DNA of 64,000 nt from assembly GCA_002633005.1 (NCBI GenBank), contig NMRA01000073.1, positions 230,365 to 294,364 on the forward strand, read 5' to 3'. Position numbers and translations under genes: made by a program. This document shows positions 45,301 through 53,869 of this stretch, piece by piece (the stretch's first letter is position 1; every line of letters begins with the position of its first letter). The notes under the pieces are model-generated. The model saw only the letters and a list, made by a program, of their open reading frames with translations, searched no databases and was not told where the DNA came from. The DNA is from Phoronis australis. Its lineage: Eukaryota; Animalia; Phoronida.

Positions 45301-46836
45301 TTTGGTACTGTTCTCCTTTAACACATGCCTAAGATTGTTTTCTATTATTCTGAGCTTGACTATATCATTTATTACGCAAATTATTGTGAAATCCAAATTC
45401 GCTCTTGATGACCCGTAAAATTGAGCAAAAATTGTAAATTTCAAGAAATCTTGAGGTATAGAGTCCAGACTCGAACTTGTAGCTTTATTGCATCAAGTGC
45501 GAAATGGGTAAGACACACAGAATTATCAATTTCATTGAGTTCATACCAAAGTAATAAGGAAAATGTAAGTAATTGCAAGTTATATTTCGAGTAAAAGGAA
45601 TTGATCCCGGTCCCTGACCTCAAACATAAGAACAACTTACATAGGCAAGGTGACAAGCGTTGGTTCGATGTTTTACACATTAATTCTCCGTTGATACTAT
45701 GACAGGCATGCCGTGTCTTTTGCTCGAACGTAAAAGGAAAACTACATGTTTCTCCATCCACAGTAACTGTAACGTAAAAGGGTTTGTACATACACAGGAG
45801 TTAATAATATTGCTTTTGTTTCTCTTCAATGACAAGGCGTTTGCCACCTTGGTATTCTGAAATCCAGAAAGCAACTTCAACTAGTATCCGGTACTGTGGC
45901 GCTTAATGCTTCATGCGGTATATAGAAATAAAACATTTTTGTTTCTGTAGTCGTTGCCCAGCGTATTTATGATGTTTTGAAAAATCACCTCTCCAAGCAA
46001 ATTCTAGTAAATGAATCTTTTGCCAATCTGATAAGATGTGCACTGTTTGTGCTCGTCTTTAGTTTTATATTGAACTTCCACGCGGCAGCTCAACATGTCA
46101 AGGTTACATACTTATTGTAACCTGCAAAGATTCATTGATTTCTGATTTACATGTTTATGCATCTACAGAAATGCAATGGTTCATAGACGATTCATAAACA
46201 ATTATAATCCAATCTTGTAAGAACTTGGTAGTTCAATGAATTTTGATATAGGTTGAACTTCAGGAAAATCATTTTATCTCGACCATAACCACGAAAGCAA
46301 ACTCCACTAAATGAATCTTTTGCCAATCTGGAAAATATCATGTTTATAATGATATAGCATTGAATTTTAACGTACTGGATTTATGAAATTTGGACAATGC
46401 TGTTGCACGTTCACCCCAAATGGCAAGACTAGATTTCACCTATGACGACAAAAAGGAGAGTAGGGGTGCGCAGCGAAAATTAGGCACGGCAAGGAAGAGG
46501 TACAAGTGTATTGGTGGCTGGAAGAAATCGGAGATTTGAGACGACCGGGAACAAAAGTGAAAAAGTTTGACGAAGTGAAAGAACAGAGATTGACTAAGTC
46601 TAATTATAGTTTATGCCTGATCTTTAACTCTTACATTCCTACTTTAAACCAAGAGATAGGCGTTGGAACGAAAATAAGCCTACTAAGGCTACACTGAAAC
46701 ACTTTTGTTTCGATGTAAATTCAGGTGTTGGTATAATCATTGCTACCACTCCAATCTTCATTTTCATCTTACCTACTTCTCCTTTAACGCACGAAAAGAT
46801 CAGTAGCACTGTCAAGTCTTGTAACAAGAAGCGCAT
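6143..46836 (-). CDS. Whole gene model: secreted mosaic lectin SP-FN2-CTLx2-CCPx3-FTLDx9-Cys tail, 28 coding exons, ~1,837 aa
   Basis: All 28 exons listed below have AG/GT boundaries and phase-compatible junctions. They sum to 5,514 nt with no internal stop found. The join across the 8.5-kb intron 28683-37141 and the terminal exon are the least certain parts. Confidence 0.72.
6705..6914 (-). CDS. FTLD9 C-half exon
   Basis: ttcgcag|...DGGLGDYQVNASIDNVNDHIC...FGC...MVLCEFEVYGR|gtaaat; 210 nt, phase 1-1. Confidence 0.85.
7362..7547 (-). CDS. FTLD9 N-half exon (not in ORF track)
   Basis: ttctag|...NVALYQSTSQTKAVQSPYNSSLAVDGNRLGSCTHVTPSLGQNFWMVKLAQGYFIRSVTVVG|gtaagt; 186 nt, phase 1-1. Confidence 0.88.
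7810..8037 (-). CDS. FTLD8 C-half exon
   Basis: tttcag|...YNLQVKDFSIII...VC...YCQNRTVSGRFLKI...LTLCEVEAFG|gtaaat; two in-phase donors (exon end 7825 or 7810). Confidence 0.85.
8416..8643 (-). CDS. FTLD8 N-half exon
   Basis: ctacag|...SNLALHKLVYQSS...AVDG...TCAATKVEIGPWWAMDLEVIYEISSVAIT...|gtatgt; 228 nt. Confidence 0.88.
9263..9484 (-). CDS. FTLD7 C-half exon
   Basis: ccgcag|GYRLNNFAVLL...VCAY...LRC...ARYVSV...LELCEVEVYG|gtaatt; 222 nt. Confidence 0.9.
9807..10016 (-). CDS. FTLD7 N-half exon
   Basis: ttctag|...KNLALFKHVDMSS...AVDG...CIQT...HWVRVDL...VALTSRADGL|gtaatt; 210 nt. Confidence 0.9.
10699..10935 (-). CDS. FTLD6 C-half exon
   Basis: tttccag|...LGKFVVNVS...PCAS...LGCEDVVYGRFVFI...ISICEVKIHG|gtatgc; 237 nt. 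Confidence 0.88.
11416..11610 (-). CDS. FTLD6 N-half exon
   Basis: tttgtag|...GDVAIQKPTKQSST...LANDGN...QPYWMVDL...IRGVTLTNA|gtaagt; 195 nt. Confidence 0.9.
11865..11983 (-). mobile_element. tRNA-derived SINE fragment with CORE-like segment
   Basis: Minus strand reads GTAGCCCAGTGGTTAG (A box) ... GTGCCCTAAGCAAAGCACTTAACC, resembling the conserved CORE-SINE motif. Confidence 0.5.
12133..12351 (-). CDS. FTLD5 C-half exon
   Basis: ttttcag|...INLRVSVS...QICG...IHC...FGRYVQI...LSLCGVEVYG|gtatga; 219 nt. Confidence 0.88.
13102..13914. mobile_element. Non-autonomous TIR element with 5-bp TSD, carrying a tRNA-like segment
   Basis: Ends CATAGGCGGATTTAGG / CCTAGATCTGCCACTG (12/16 inverted match); AGACC on both sides (13097-13101, 13915-13919). 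Confidence 0.7.
13614..13680 (+). pseudogene. tRNA-like / SINE head
   Basis: A box GTGGTGTAGTGGT and B box GAGTTCGAGTC; stems do not form a convincing cloverleaf. Confidence 0.5.
15357..15539 (-). CDS. FTLD5 N-half exon
   Basis: catcag|GNIAEEKATEWSS...EQNPWWRVDLVDIYGVYAAVIT...|gttagt; 183 nt. Confidence 0.82.
15904..16113 (-). CDS. FTLD4 C-half exon
   Basis: tttcag|...QIC...VECSRDVYGRFLHV...LALCEVEVHG|gtaatt; 210 nt. Confidence 0.88.
16437..16646 (-). CDS. FTLD4 N-half exon
   Basis: ttacag|...NVALNKKVWATS...KAVDG...ESNPALSIDLLEVHNIFAVSIT...|gtatgt; 210 nt. Confidence 0.88.
17121..17267 (-). CDS. Candidate orphan degenerate FTLD N-half-like exon (not included in the 28-exon total)
   Basis: tttgtag|...DTINLLKYCDGNSALETETCSPLQATGRTWPAVVMTCQFSTLEIISSL|gtaagg; 147 nt, phase 1-1; only weak DG..TC..W similarity. 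Confidence 0.4.
17735..18118 (-). CDS. FTLD3, complete domain in a single exon
   Basis: ttttag|GDVAFRRHPVQSS...QPWWMVDL...QC...MC...FGRFAYV...LRIYGIPME|gtacga; 384 nt, phase 1-1. Confidence 0.88.
18198..18686. repeat. 33-bp minisatellite, ~14 copies
   Basis: Unit ATGTTACTAGGGAAGTGCATGTAGACGTAGTTG. Confidence 0.95.
19149..19367 (-). CDS. FTLD2 C-half exon
   Basis: ctctag|GTNISDHLIQVV...HSC...IHCLPGTIGRFVKV...LHLCDVKVFG; donor taken as A|gtacga (219 nt, position less certain). Confidence 0.82.
19466..19541 (+). pseudogene. tRNA-like / SINE head
   Basis: GAGGGCA/TGTTCTC acceptor-like pairing, TAACGCAGCGG A box, GGTTCGAGTCCC B box; anticodon arm degenerate. Confidence 0.5.
19775..19930 (+). 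repeat. Interspersed repeat, second copy at ~27405-27550
   Basis: Shared ATTCGCGTG...AATATGATT...AAAAAGCGCAAAGATAC...CACAGGTCGTGGG. Confidence 0.75.
20299..21252. mobile_element. Non-autonomous Kolobok-like element
   Basis: TTAA|AGGAGAATGCCACCC ... GGGTGGCATGCTCCT|TTAA (RR termini, TTAA TSD); related left end at 60993. Confidence 0.8.
21475..21651 (-). CDS. FTLD2 N-half exon
   Basis: ttgcag|...NLALNKPTVQSST...LGVD...TCS...SWTVDLQATVDIDSVIIMV|gtaagt; 177 nt. Confidence 0.9.
22607..22839. mobile_element. Near-perfect foldback MITE (TATTATTTAAAATG termini), unclassified
   Basis: Arms of ~100 bp are reverse complements, with internal palindrome GGCCCCCTATATTAATATAGGGGGCC; same left end at 55662. 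Confidence 0.85.
23183..23413 (-). CDS. FTLD1 C-half exon
   Basis: cttttag|...HLNYLSITL...QCG...LKC...LARLIEI...LSLCEVQVYG|gtaact; 231 nt. Confidence 0.88.
24180..24371 (-). CDS. FTLD1 N-half exon
   Basis: gtttag|...NYADRGVSHQSST...AIDGSFSTCATTSEEVNPWWRLQF...|gtaagt; 192 nt. Confidence 0.9.
25568..25735 (-). CDS. Sushi/CCP domain 3 exon
   Basis: VDCGP...FGSVLTYRC...ITCMEDGTWSETPDC: four Cys plus W; ttacag|...|gtgagt; 168 nt. Confidence 0.92.
27551..27693. mobile_element. Short MITE of the CAGTGGCGGAT family
   Basis: Body matches 58625-58761 and (inverted) 61973-62137; ends AAATCCGCCACTG about 11 bp inside the intron after the CCP2 donor. Confidence 0.7.
27705..27872 (-). CDS. Sushi/CCP domain 2 exon
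   Basis: CDYPIVENG...CKKGFYMIGDPLITCHENATWSSVPKC; ttacag|...|gtaaga; 168 nt. Confidence 0.93.
28503..28682 (-). CDS. Sushi/CCP domain 1 exon
   Basis: CAPPNITNA...YGTVVQIKC...LIG...CQLNGKWTTLPTC; taacag|...|gtaagt; 180 nt. Confidence 0.92.
29724..31184 (+). mobile_element. Decayed Kolobok-type DNA transposon with THAP/transposase remnant
   Basis: ~130-bp imperfect TIRs, TTAA at the right end. From ATG 29986, across two frameshifts: MPHGCFAPGC / LHCFPKDNTLRRTW / VCGKHF...LKKAAILS (THAP C2CH). Downstream at ~30575-30690: KFIVDLTKVLELLRRCHVCG...GAQVTI. Confidence 0.78.
33165..35498 (+). mobile_element. Helentron-associated non-autonomous element (HINE/pearl-like) with internal tandem array
   Basis: T-run start, subterminal IR ATGCGCCCAC / GTGGGCGCAT, (CCGT)n, central repeats with a ~450-bp period (33395, 33846, ~34840), 3' hairpin CAACGC..GCGTTG then CTCTTGTT. 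Confidence 0.8.
33213..33283 (+). repeat. (CCGT)n microsatellite
   Basis: About 17 perfect units. Confidence 0.97.
36215..36285 (+). pseudogene. tRNA-like / SINE head
   Basis: GTGGTGTAGTGGTAAAGT (identical to 13621-13638) and GGTTCGAATCC B box; anticodon arm shortened. Confidence 0.55.
37142..37431 (-). CDS. C-type lectin domain 2, C-terminal exon
   Basis: ttgcag|...QWIG...FVWHDG...MCVML...ECSPKLEYVCE|gtaagc; 290 nt, phase 2-1. Confidence 0.88.
37460..37640 (+). repeat. Degenerate GAT/GGT trinucleotide-rich tract
   Basis: Recurrent GATGAT/GATGGT; explains the low-complexity ORFs at 37468 and 37471. Confidence 0.6.
38922..39123 (-). CDS. C-type lectin domain 2, N-terminal exon (not in ORF track)
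   Basis: ttttag|...EPESCPD...TSCYYTSKNKRGDDSYKLCSQ...VFIDGAIKELDYLASLV|gtgagc; 202 nt, phase 1-2, matching the next exon. Confidence 0.85.
40128..40256 (-). CDS. C-type lectin domain 1, exon 3
   Basis: ttccag|...TSCKMMRFSDGSWTQGGCDYLQLPFVCKTYT|gtactt; 129 nt, phase 1-1. Confidence 0.87.
40759..40873 (-). CDS. C-type lectin domain 1, exon 2
   Basis: catttag|ILQLFEDHSLNGVWIGIGDLAFPDKVLLRMDGTPITYK|gtaatt; 115 nt, phase 0-1. Confidence 0.87.
43951..44085. repeat. Degenerate ~29-bp tandem repeat, 4-5 copies
   Basis: Units like TCTGACCCTTGGGGATAAGGGAAGTCCAG. Confidence 0.7.
44600..44754 (-). CDS. C-type lectin domain 1, exon 1
   Basis: ctgcag|...YGAAEYTFVPERRTSLEAQKHCKFLRGDLVVPEDSNENLWIHNK|gtatat; 155 nt, phase 1-0. 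Confidence 0.87.
45641..45766 (-). CDS. Fibronectin type II-like module exon
   Basis: TVDGETCSFPFTFEQKTRHAC...MCKT...PC: C.FPF.F motif and four Cys; ttacag|...|gtaagt; 126 nt, phase 1-1. Confidence 0.8.
46773..46836 (-). CDS. First coding exon, signal peptide
   Basis: GCATCATG start; MRFLLQDLTVLLIFSCVKGEV|gtaaga in phase 1; acceptor ttcaag at 46850 implies an upstream UTR exon. Confidence 0.72.
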
Positions 46837-47879
46837 GATGCCTCTGCACCTTGAAGAAGACGGAACGTTTGGCATTATCTGATAGCATGTTGACAGATAA
46901 AAGCTCAAATCCTCACGAGACAACGTGTATACATTACAAATACATTGAATACCTGTAAAGCCCAACTAGGAAGTGTATTCTCTTTTTGTTAGTCACCTTC
47001 ACTAAACTTTTGGCATTCCAAACGGTTACAATCATTGAAAATGGTTTAAATCACTATTTATCTTTATGAAACCAAAAATCCTGATGATTACAGAAGCAAA
47101 TTTCAGCTGCATATGCATAAAGTAATTGCCAAGCCTTTGATGGTACTTCAACATATTTTAAAACGAAAATTGTGATCTTCATTTTCATGTACATGTAGAT
47201 CGTCAAAACTTTCACAGACGTGGTTTTATATGAAATTTCTGTACTCTGTGATCTACAAAACAGTCTAGAATTACCAGGAACCAGTCGTCCTGTGATCTCT
47301 ACCACGGGTCTGGCTAACAATGGCTTCGGTTTTCTCTGATTAAATCATAATTAATTAAAATTAGTGTATACTTTTTTCTTAACCTTCATTACCAGCATAC
47401 ATATCAGATAGACAGGCACAAACGAACATGCACGAGATCGAACAGCCACAAAACCTACCTTGAAAACTCAACCCAAAGTTGTATTTCCTACACGTTTACA
47501 ACTTGATGCAAGAACAAAATGTTCCGCAAGTTTAAATCAAGACCAATATAACAATAATGGTTCAAGATTAAAAGTGTTTTTGCGGATCAAACACTGATAA
47601 TTGGCTGTCCATAATTTATTCAGGGAATTATCAAACTACGGACACAACCTTTAATTGGCTGATATTGACACGGACTACTACAGTGTATTTGTTTGATTCA
47701 TGGATTTTATTTTAAACAGTTGAAACGCGTCTCAACTTTTAATGAAGTGCAATTACATAGACGATTTAGCACACCATCAACATGTAGTTTTAACGTGTTG
47801 AACTACTTTCAAAAAGGCAGTTATCTAAAAGGAACAATTAACTCTTACCTGCACTTCACATAATTATGTGAGACTCGAA

Positions 47880-48056
47880 AAATTGAACAGACTATTGCTA
47901 CAAACTGAACAGACTATTGCTACAAATTGAACAGACTATTGCTACAAATTTAATAGACTATTGCTACAAATTGAACAGACTATTGCTACAAATTGAACAG
48001 ACTATTGCTACAAATTGAACAGACTATTGCTACAAATTGAACAGACATTTGCTACA
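47880..48056. repeat. 22-bp minisatellite, 8 copies
   Basis: Unit AAATTGAACAGACTATTGCTAC. Confidence 0.95.
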
Positions 48057-48206
48057 AGTTAAAGCACATTGAGAATGGGCATAGACTTACAGGGTTTGCT
48101 TTTCGTCTTCTGAAATTTGTGAATGAATTAAATGGTTGGCAATTCAAAGTTCATATTGAAGGGCTTATACTTATTAAATGGCCTACATATACACAATTTA
48201 TGGCTT

Positions 48207-48208
<2 letters not shown>

Positions 48209-48256
<48 letters not shown>
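48209..48256. repeat. (AATC)n microsatellite, probable 3' tail of the minus-strand LINE
   Basis: About 12 units, directly 3' of the LINE C-terminus. Confidence 0.9.
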
Positions 48257-48257
<1 letters not shown>

Positions 48258-51050
48258 GTTAATCAATAATCAGTTATTTTAATGACCTGTAGCAATCGCT
48301 ACCCAGCCACAACTTGCGCTTATAAGTCACCAGTTCCAAAGAGAACTTATTAATCCAGCAGTAACCAACATTCTCAATCACTATGAAGTAGCAAATACCA
48401 ATATTTTCTCCTGAGAAATGCATAATAAATAGAACTAATAACTAATTTACTAACAATGGTATTAGTCATCAAGAAAAGAAATTGGTTCTGAATTCCTAGC
48501 TCACCAAATGCCGGTCAGACCAACATGACCTGTGGAAATAAGCCGGTTCTGAAAACAGTGTAGAGATTGCACGAGCAAAGGAAATATATTTCATCCTCTA
48601 CGAGGCAGTACAAAAATCACACAAACGCTCCTCAACCGGAGTAAAAATCCCGAAACGACCAGATTCCACTTTCGGTGGCAATACTCCACATCTAAATTGA
48701 AAAAAGAGGGGTTTGTTTTCTCTAGAAATGCTCATTTTAACTAAACTTCTGTTTAACAATTAGTTTTAAATAATTTATAAGTTCTTAGCTTGGGGTTGCT
48801 CAAAATTTCCGCCCTCCATTCAGACTCCGAAAGATTCATCAGTTTCATTTTGGCATTTTCCAGATCACAAGCTGACCTTTAATAAAATGCTTCAATCTAA
48901 AACGTCCTCGAAAACGTCCTTTGTGTTCGTGAGGTCCCAGTAAAATACTTACTTTGTGAGACGATTATCAGACATGCAAGTAAGTCTATTCCAGAGCTGT
49001 AGTATACTCAATTTCCTTGCACTATACAAGGTATCCACCCTATATCTCCATTCATCACGGCGATTGGAGTAAATTCGTGAACCCCAAGAAAGTATCGAAT
49101 GGCCCGATTTTGGATTGAATCACATTGACGAAACCCTACCCCCAACACCAACGCGATAATCAAGTATCGGGATAACACAGGCACCATATAGTTTGGTGTA
49201 TATTTTGAACCCAACATCACACAAACATCTTGGCTTGCTACTCGACCATAAGCTTACATTTACTCCTCATTGTCGCGAACGCGTTCAAAAAGTACAAAAA
49301 TTAATTAATCCAATTAGAATTACCTCTCGTCATCTCAACTCCATGCATCTTGAAACTCTGTTCAAGTCTTTTGTACTTCCACATCTAGATTACTTTGACA
49401 TAATCTACCAATCGCCAAACGCTGGCATACTTCTCCAATTAGAAAGACTACAATACCAAGCAGCTTTAGCCATAACTGGGGCATACAGAGGGTCCAAAAC
49501 AATCAAGGTTCTAAATAGTCTTCACTGGAGCAAACTAGCAACCCGTCGTAAACTTCACCTGTCCATGTATACATTCAAAGTCTTAACCAACATAAACAAT
49601 TACTCTAACAAAATCCTCTTTGACTCCTACAAAAGACCAAGCACGAGACCAGGACTCCGGCAAAGCAATATGTATACTATTCCAGCCTCCATCAGCCAAG
49701 CCTTTAGAAGATCAACGATATTAACTTGTATTGACAACTGGAATTCCTTACCATTCAAAATAAAAGAAAGCACTTCAATCGTCACTCTCAAAAATAACTT
49801 TAAAATGCATACCACTACTCCAGACTTGCCAGTCCCATTGACATCATTCCAACTTCCCCGCAACCATGAAATAACCCTATACAGATCAAGATGTGGTCTA
49901 TTCCTAAACAACGAGAAATTTAGACATAATTTTAATAATATTTCGGCTCTGTGTTCCTGTGGAGATACCCAGACATATCCTCATGTTTTCTTTGCTTGTG
50001 AGGTATGCAAGGAGGAGAGGGTACAGCTCTTCCAGGCACTCGAACAATACCCCAATGTTTATAAAAAATACTCTGAAATTCCGCAATTGTACAACAAAAT
50101 TAATTTCTTTCTATATGGATGTCAAGAACTTAACTCAAACGAAAATATGGTTTTATTTGAAATAGTATCAGAATTTCTTTATAACATTAAATCTCTTTGT
50201 GTGAGTGGATAGAATTTTATACATCTGTATGAAAATAAATTATTTTCATTCGTTGTCATATATCATTGTATTCTTAACATAAGTTTTTTTATTTATGTAT
50301 TTGTATATAATCATTGTATATAGACTTCTTTGTATTTTTTTACCCAGATCTAATGCCTCTTGGCGCTTTCTGGGTTATTTTTATTCGTTGTATTCTGAAG
50401 ATTTCGTAATAAACATTAAAAAAAAAACAATATCACACATGCGCTTGAATTTAGACGCCATAGCACCAACTACGCGGCCACCAGATGCTGCTAGTGCGGT
50501 AGCTGCTTGTTTAAATTACAAAGGTTCATCATGAAGGACACCTAAATATTTGTACTTACTTACAATAGTGAGCGGGTTATTAGAACAACTGAAATTAGTC
50601 TGCCTCACCCGGGGCTTAAGAAAATGCATAACTTCAGTTTTACTCAAATTCAGCTCCATCCAAGTGTGCAAAAGATCCAACATTCTCTGCATATCGTGTG
50701 CACGTGACGAGAGTAAGGCTATGTCGTCAGCATACAACAAGGAGCTAATAATGTTGTTTCTTATAGAGATACCATGGTTGAACCGATTCAGTTCATCAAT
50801 AAAGTCATTTATGAAAAGACTAAAAGGTCGGAGTACACCAAAACGTATAAGGAACCAATCAGTAGAACAATTTCTAGAAATCTGAATAGGAGCCACAGGA
50901 TAGGAAAAAATAGTATTTATGGCATTATACATATGGCCATCAATATTATTTATTAGAAGTTTACAAAGTAATAAATCCCTATCTACACAGACAAATGCTC
51001 TAACGAGCTCGATAGGTGTCTCTGTTGTGTATGCACAACTGTTCAAGATC
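48257..51050 (-). mobile_element. Decayed 5'-truncated LINE (RTE-X-like), interrupted by a nested LINE
   Basis: RT remnant FSLFINDF...LLYADDIALL...KYKYLGV (50516-51046); IYTKLY...PILDY (~49150-49210); FRCGVLP..ESGR..ERLCDFC..EDE (~48590-48700); frameshifts and stops. Confidence 0.88.
49224..50427 (+). mobile_element. Younger 5'-truncated CR1-group LINE with uninterrupted ORF2 C-terminus
   Basis: Open frame to TAG 50212 (KHLGLLLD..LTF..H, FVLPHLDY.DIIY, CSCG...H...C), AATAAA at 50408, poly(A), 12-bp TSD with 1 mismatch. Confidence 0.92.
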
Positions 51051-52169
51051 TTATCTCAAAAGGAAAATTTTCAACCAATTAGAATTACGTACCCAATTAT
51101 GTAATATGTAATATGGAACAATGTTTGACTTTTTGTCATCCAATTTCATGCCTTTCTGAAAACAATTTTGTACATGTACCCCAGCAGAAATCAGAAATTC
51201 ATTTAACGACATGCACGCGAAGAAAGTAAGTAAAATTCTTACATAAAAATACTTCCATTGGGTGTGAAATTGATGTATGGAATCTATTGATTTCACTGTA
51301 TTCAACAACTTCCTGTCCCGTTGTTCTTTATTATATAAGAAATGGTTCTTTCCAAAGTCGACACTGCAAACTACATAACGTATAAGAATGAGAAAATTTG
51401 ATTCCAACGACGTCGGAATGAACGAGTTGGTTAGGTCTCAGTCTTACTTTATAGCAGAAGCAACTTTATAAACTAATGTATTCGATAAAATATAGCTATT
51501 TACCACGATTTCAGCTACTATCTTTTAGTTCGCAATACGAAACAGAAGTGTACAAGTAATCCTATTGTGCCAACCAACCGACAATATGTGTCGTATGCCA
51601 CATGTGGGCCAGCATGCTCAGTGAGCTACATGAATCACTTCTCTCCCCAAGTTGCTCGCTGTCGCTCATGACGAAGGCTTCATAACAATATCTTTATAGT
51701 GAGCCAGCCAACGCACAAATCGCTTGCGCAGTAATACGCAATCATTGACCCGGCCTTGAGATAATATCAGAATATAATTCACATAAGAAACCATTTAGGC
51801 ATCTATTTAAAAGGTTTGTTCCGTATTACAAAATCTTGATTAAAATCTATCATATACAGTCGCCGAACGGCGAAAACTGATGCACAACTTGTCAAGAAAC
51901 AAAAATTTTGTGACAATTTAGCATTGAGGCATTAATACACACGTTACACGACTTGAATTATTTGTTCAGTTTTGTCATTAAACATTTCATTCGTGGACAG
52001 AACCCTTTAATTATACTCTATGAATATGAATATGAATATCGTTCTCTTGATAAATTTGCCAGTTAATTGAAAGATTGCTGCTCATTTTCAATTCGCTGTG
52101 AACTATTTCCGCGCGAATGGTGTCCGAAAGTGGTTATACGCGGTGGAAATAAAAAACTGTGAAAAAGCC

Positions 52170-53265
52170 ACTTTATACAGGTAGTTTCGGAAGTACTAGA
52201 AGCCTAATGTTTTTCGTTATAATCGGATCCAAGATGGCGGCCATTTTGTTTTCATTTTAAGATTCAAAAGCTTCTGGAGCCTATAATTTTTTACGTACAG
52301 GGCTGAAAATCAGAACAATTATTGGACCGGATGTGCACCACACGTATACTGGAAATTGTTCTCTTCCGGTTAAAGATGGCGGAAATATTGGCACTCGCGC
52401 ATGCCCACCTCGATTTCGGGAAAAAACGTTTTCTCCTGTAGAGGGCGCATTATAGGGCCAATTTCTTTGAAGTTGCTCAGATATTAGTTTTTTAGGACAT
52501 CCTATTATATAAAGCCAAACAACCGGAAGTTGTTTTCAAGATGGCGGATCTTGCCATGTTGATCCATTTTCAGTGGTTGTGAGGTGCCATTTAAACGGGA
52601 GAAGGAAATGACCTGAATTTTTGCATGTGGATTCTCAGAGGTATATTCTTTCAAATGATTTCGAACGATATTTTTCTTAAACTTACCGTTTTCGAGTTAT
52701 TTGACTTTGAATTTCTTAAAAAACGCAAAATTTCATTTTTTTCAAAAAATTTACAGAAGTGCGTGATAATATCAATTTAGATAGAAATTTGAACGGGCTT
52801 TCATATGATATCTTTCATTTTTGCTAGGGCGTTTACTTTCTGAATTATTTGAGATTTTTTGGTTGCGTTGTTCCTTTGTTGAGCGCTCTTACTGCATTGA
52901 TGTTGGTTTAGCTTCTATTGAACAAGACTGTAGCCTATTTCTTATTGATTTATGACGTCTAAGTGCGTCATATGAATGTTATGATGTTGTGCAGCATCAT
53001 CACCATCGTCATCATACTTGTCATCTTCGTCATCATCTCTGTCGTCGTCTTTTCAGCTAATTTCGCCAAGTGTCGCCAAAACTTACTGATGTCTGGCCTC
53101 TACGTTCGTCTTGTGAATGTTATCAGTACTTGAATTGTTCATCATCGCCACCATCGTCGTCATATTCGTTATTCTTCGTCATCATCTCTATTTTCGTCTT
53201 TTCTCTTAATTTCGCCAAGTGTCGCTCCTCGGAGCACTTTCATTCAGAATGTTAATCTTCTTTAT
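52170..53265 (+). mobile_element. Probable non-autonomous Helentron/HINE-like remnant
   Basis: T-rich start, repeated AAGATGGCGG units, (CAT/CGT)n-like tract; boundaries approximate. Confidence 0.35.
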
Positions 53266-53869
53266 TTGCTTCTGCTTGTTTAGGTTCATGAGCAAATAAA
53301 TCATGTTTTGTGATTACAAGCGCGCGTTTGTGAGATCGAGTGACTGAATTCACACTGACAGGTAAATGACAAACAGCGTACGTTTTTTTTGGTTGGGTAG
53401 CCGTCTTTGTCCAACTATAGTTAAAGCCACACTAGCCAATAAAGTACACACCAAAATTTTAAAACAGCATGCGTAAAATCCATCAGACAACTTGCTAAAT
53501 ATTTTTGCTTCAAAATCAAGACTAAAACCTTAACCAATCATTCTCCAGGAGTTTAAGAAGGAAAGTTTACTCCAAGCTAGGGTCCAATTTATGCATGCAA
53601 TACAACGAGGTGAGTTTGAAAGGAGTTTTAACCCTAGGTTCACTACTAAGACATTCAAAATGAATTTATTCTACTCAACTTGAGTACAAAATACGCACAC
53701 GGTAACCTACATGTATCATCCAATCACAAGCTAAAGAAAAACGTGTATACAGCAAATCTTAATTAGTTAAAAAAGTTGGACTTCAGGCTCACCAGATGAC
53801 ATATTTTATAACTTCCATTTCAAGTTCTATGACATTCTAAATGCGTGAAATATTTGGTGATTTCTTTAA

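Noticed and set aside
47880-48056. 22-bp array as a CRISPR
   Set aside because: Head-to-tail units, no spacers, no cas genes.
48091-48109. 19-nt micro-exon (tttcag|...|gtaagt) as lectin 5'UTR exon
   Set aside because: Splice-like motifs only; cannot be distinguished from chance without transcripts.
49193-50212. 339-aa ORF as a host gene
   Set aside because: It is the 3' part of LINE ORF2 with poly(A) and TSD; the annotated start lies in flanking sequence outside the insertion.
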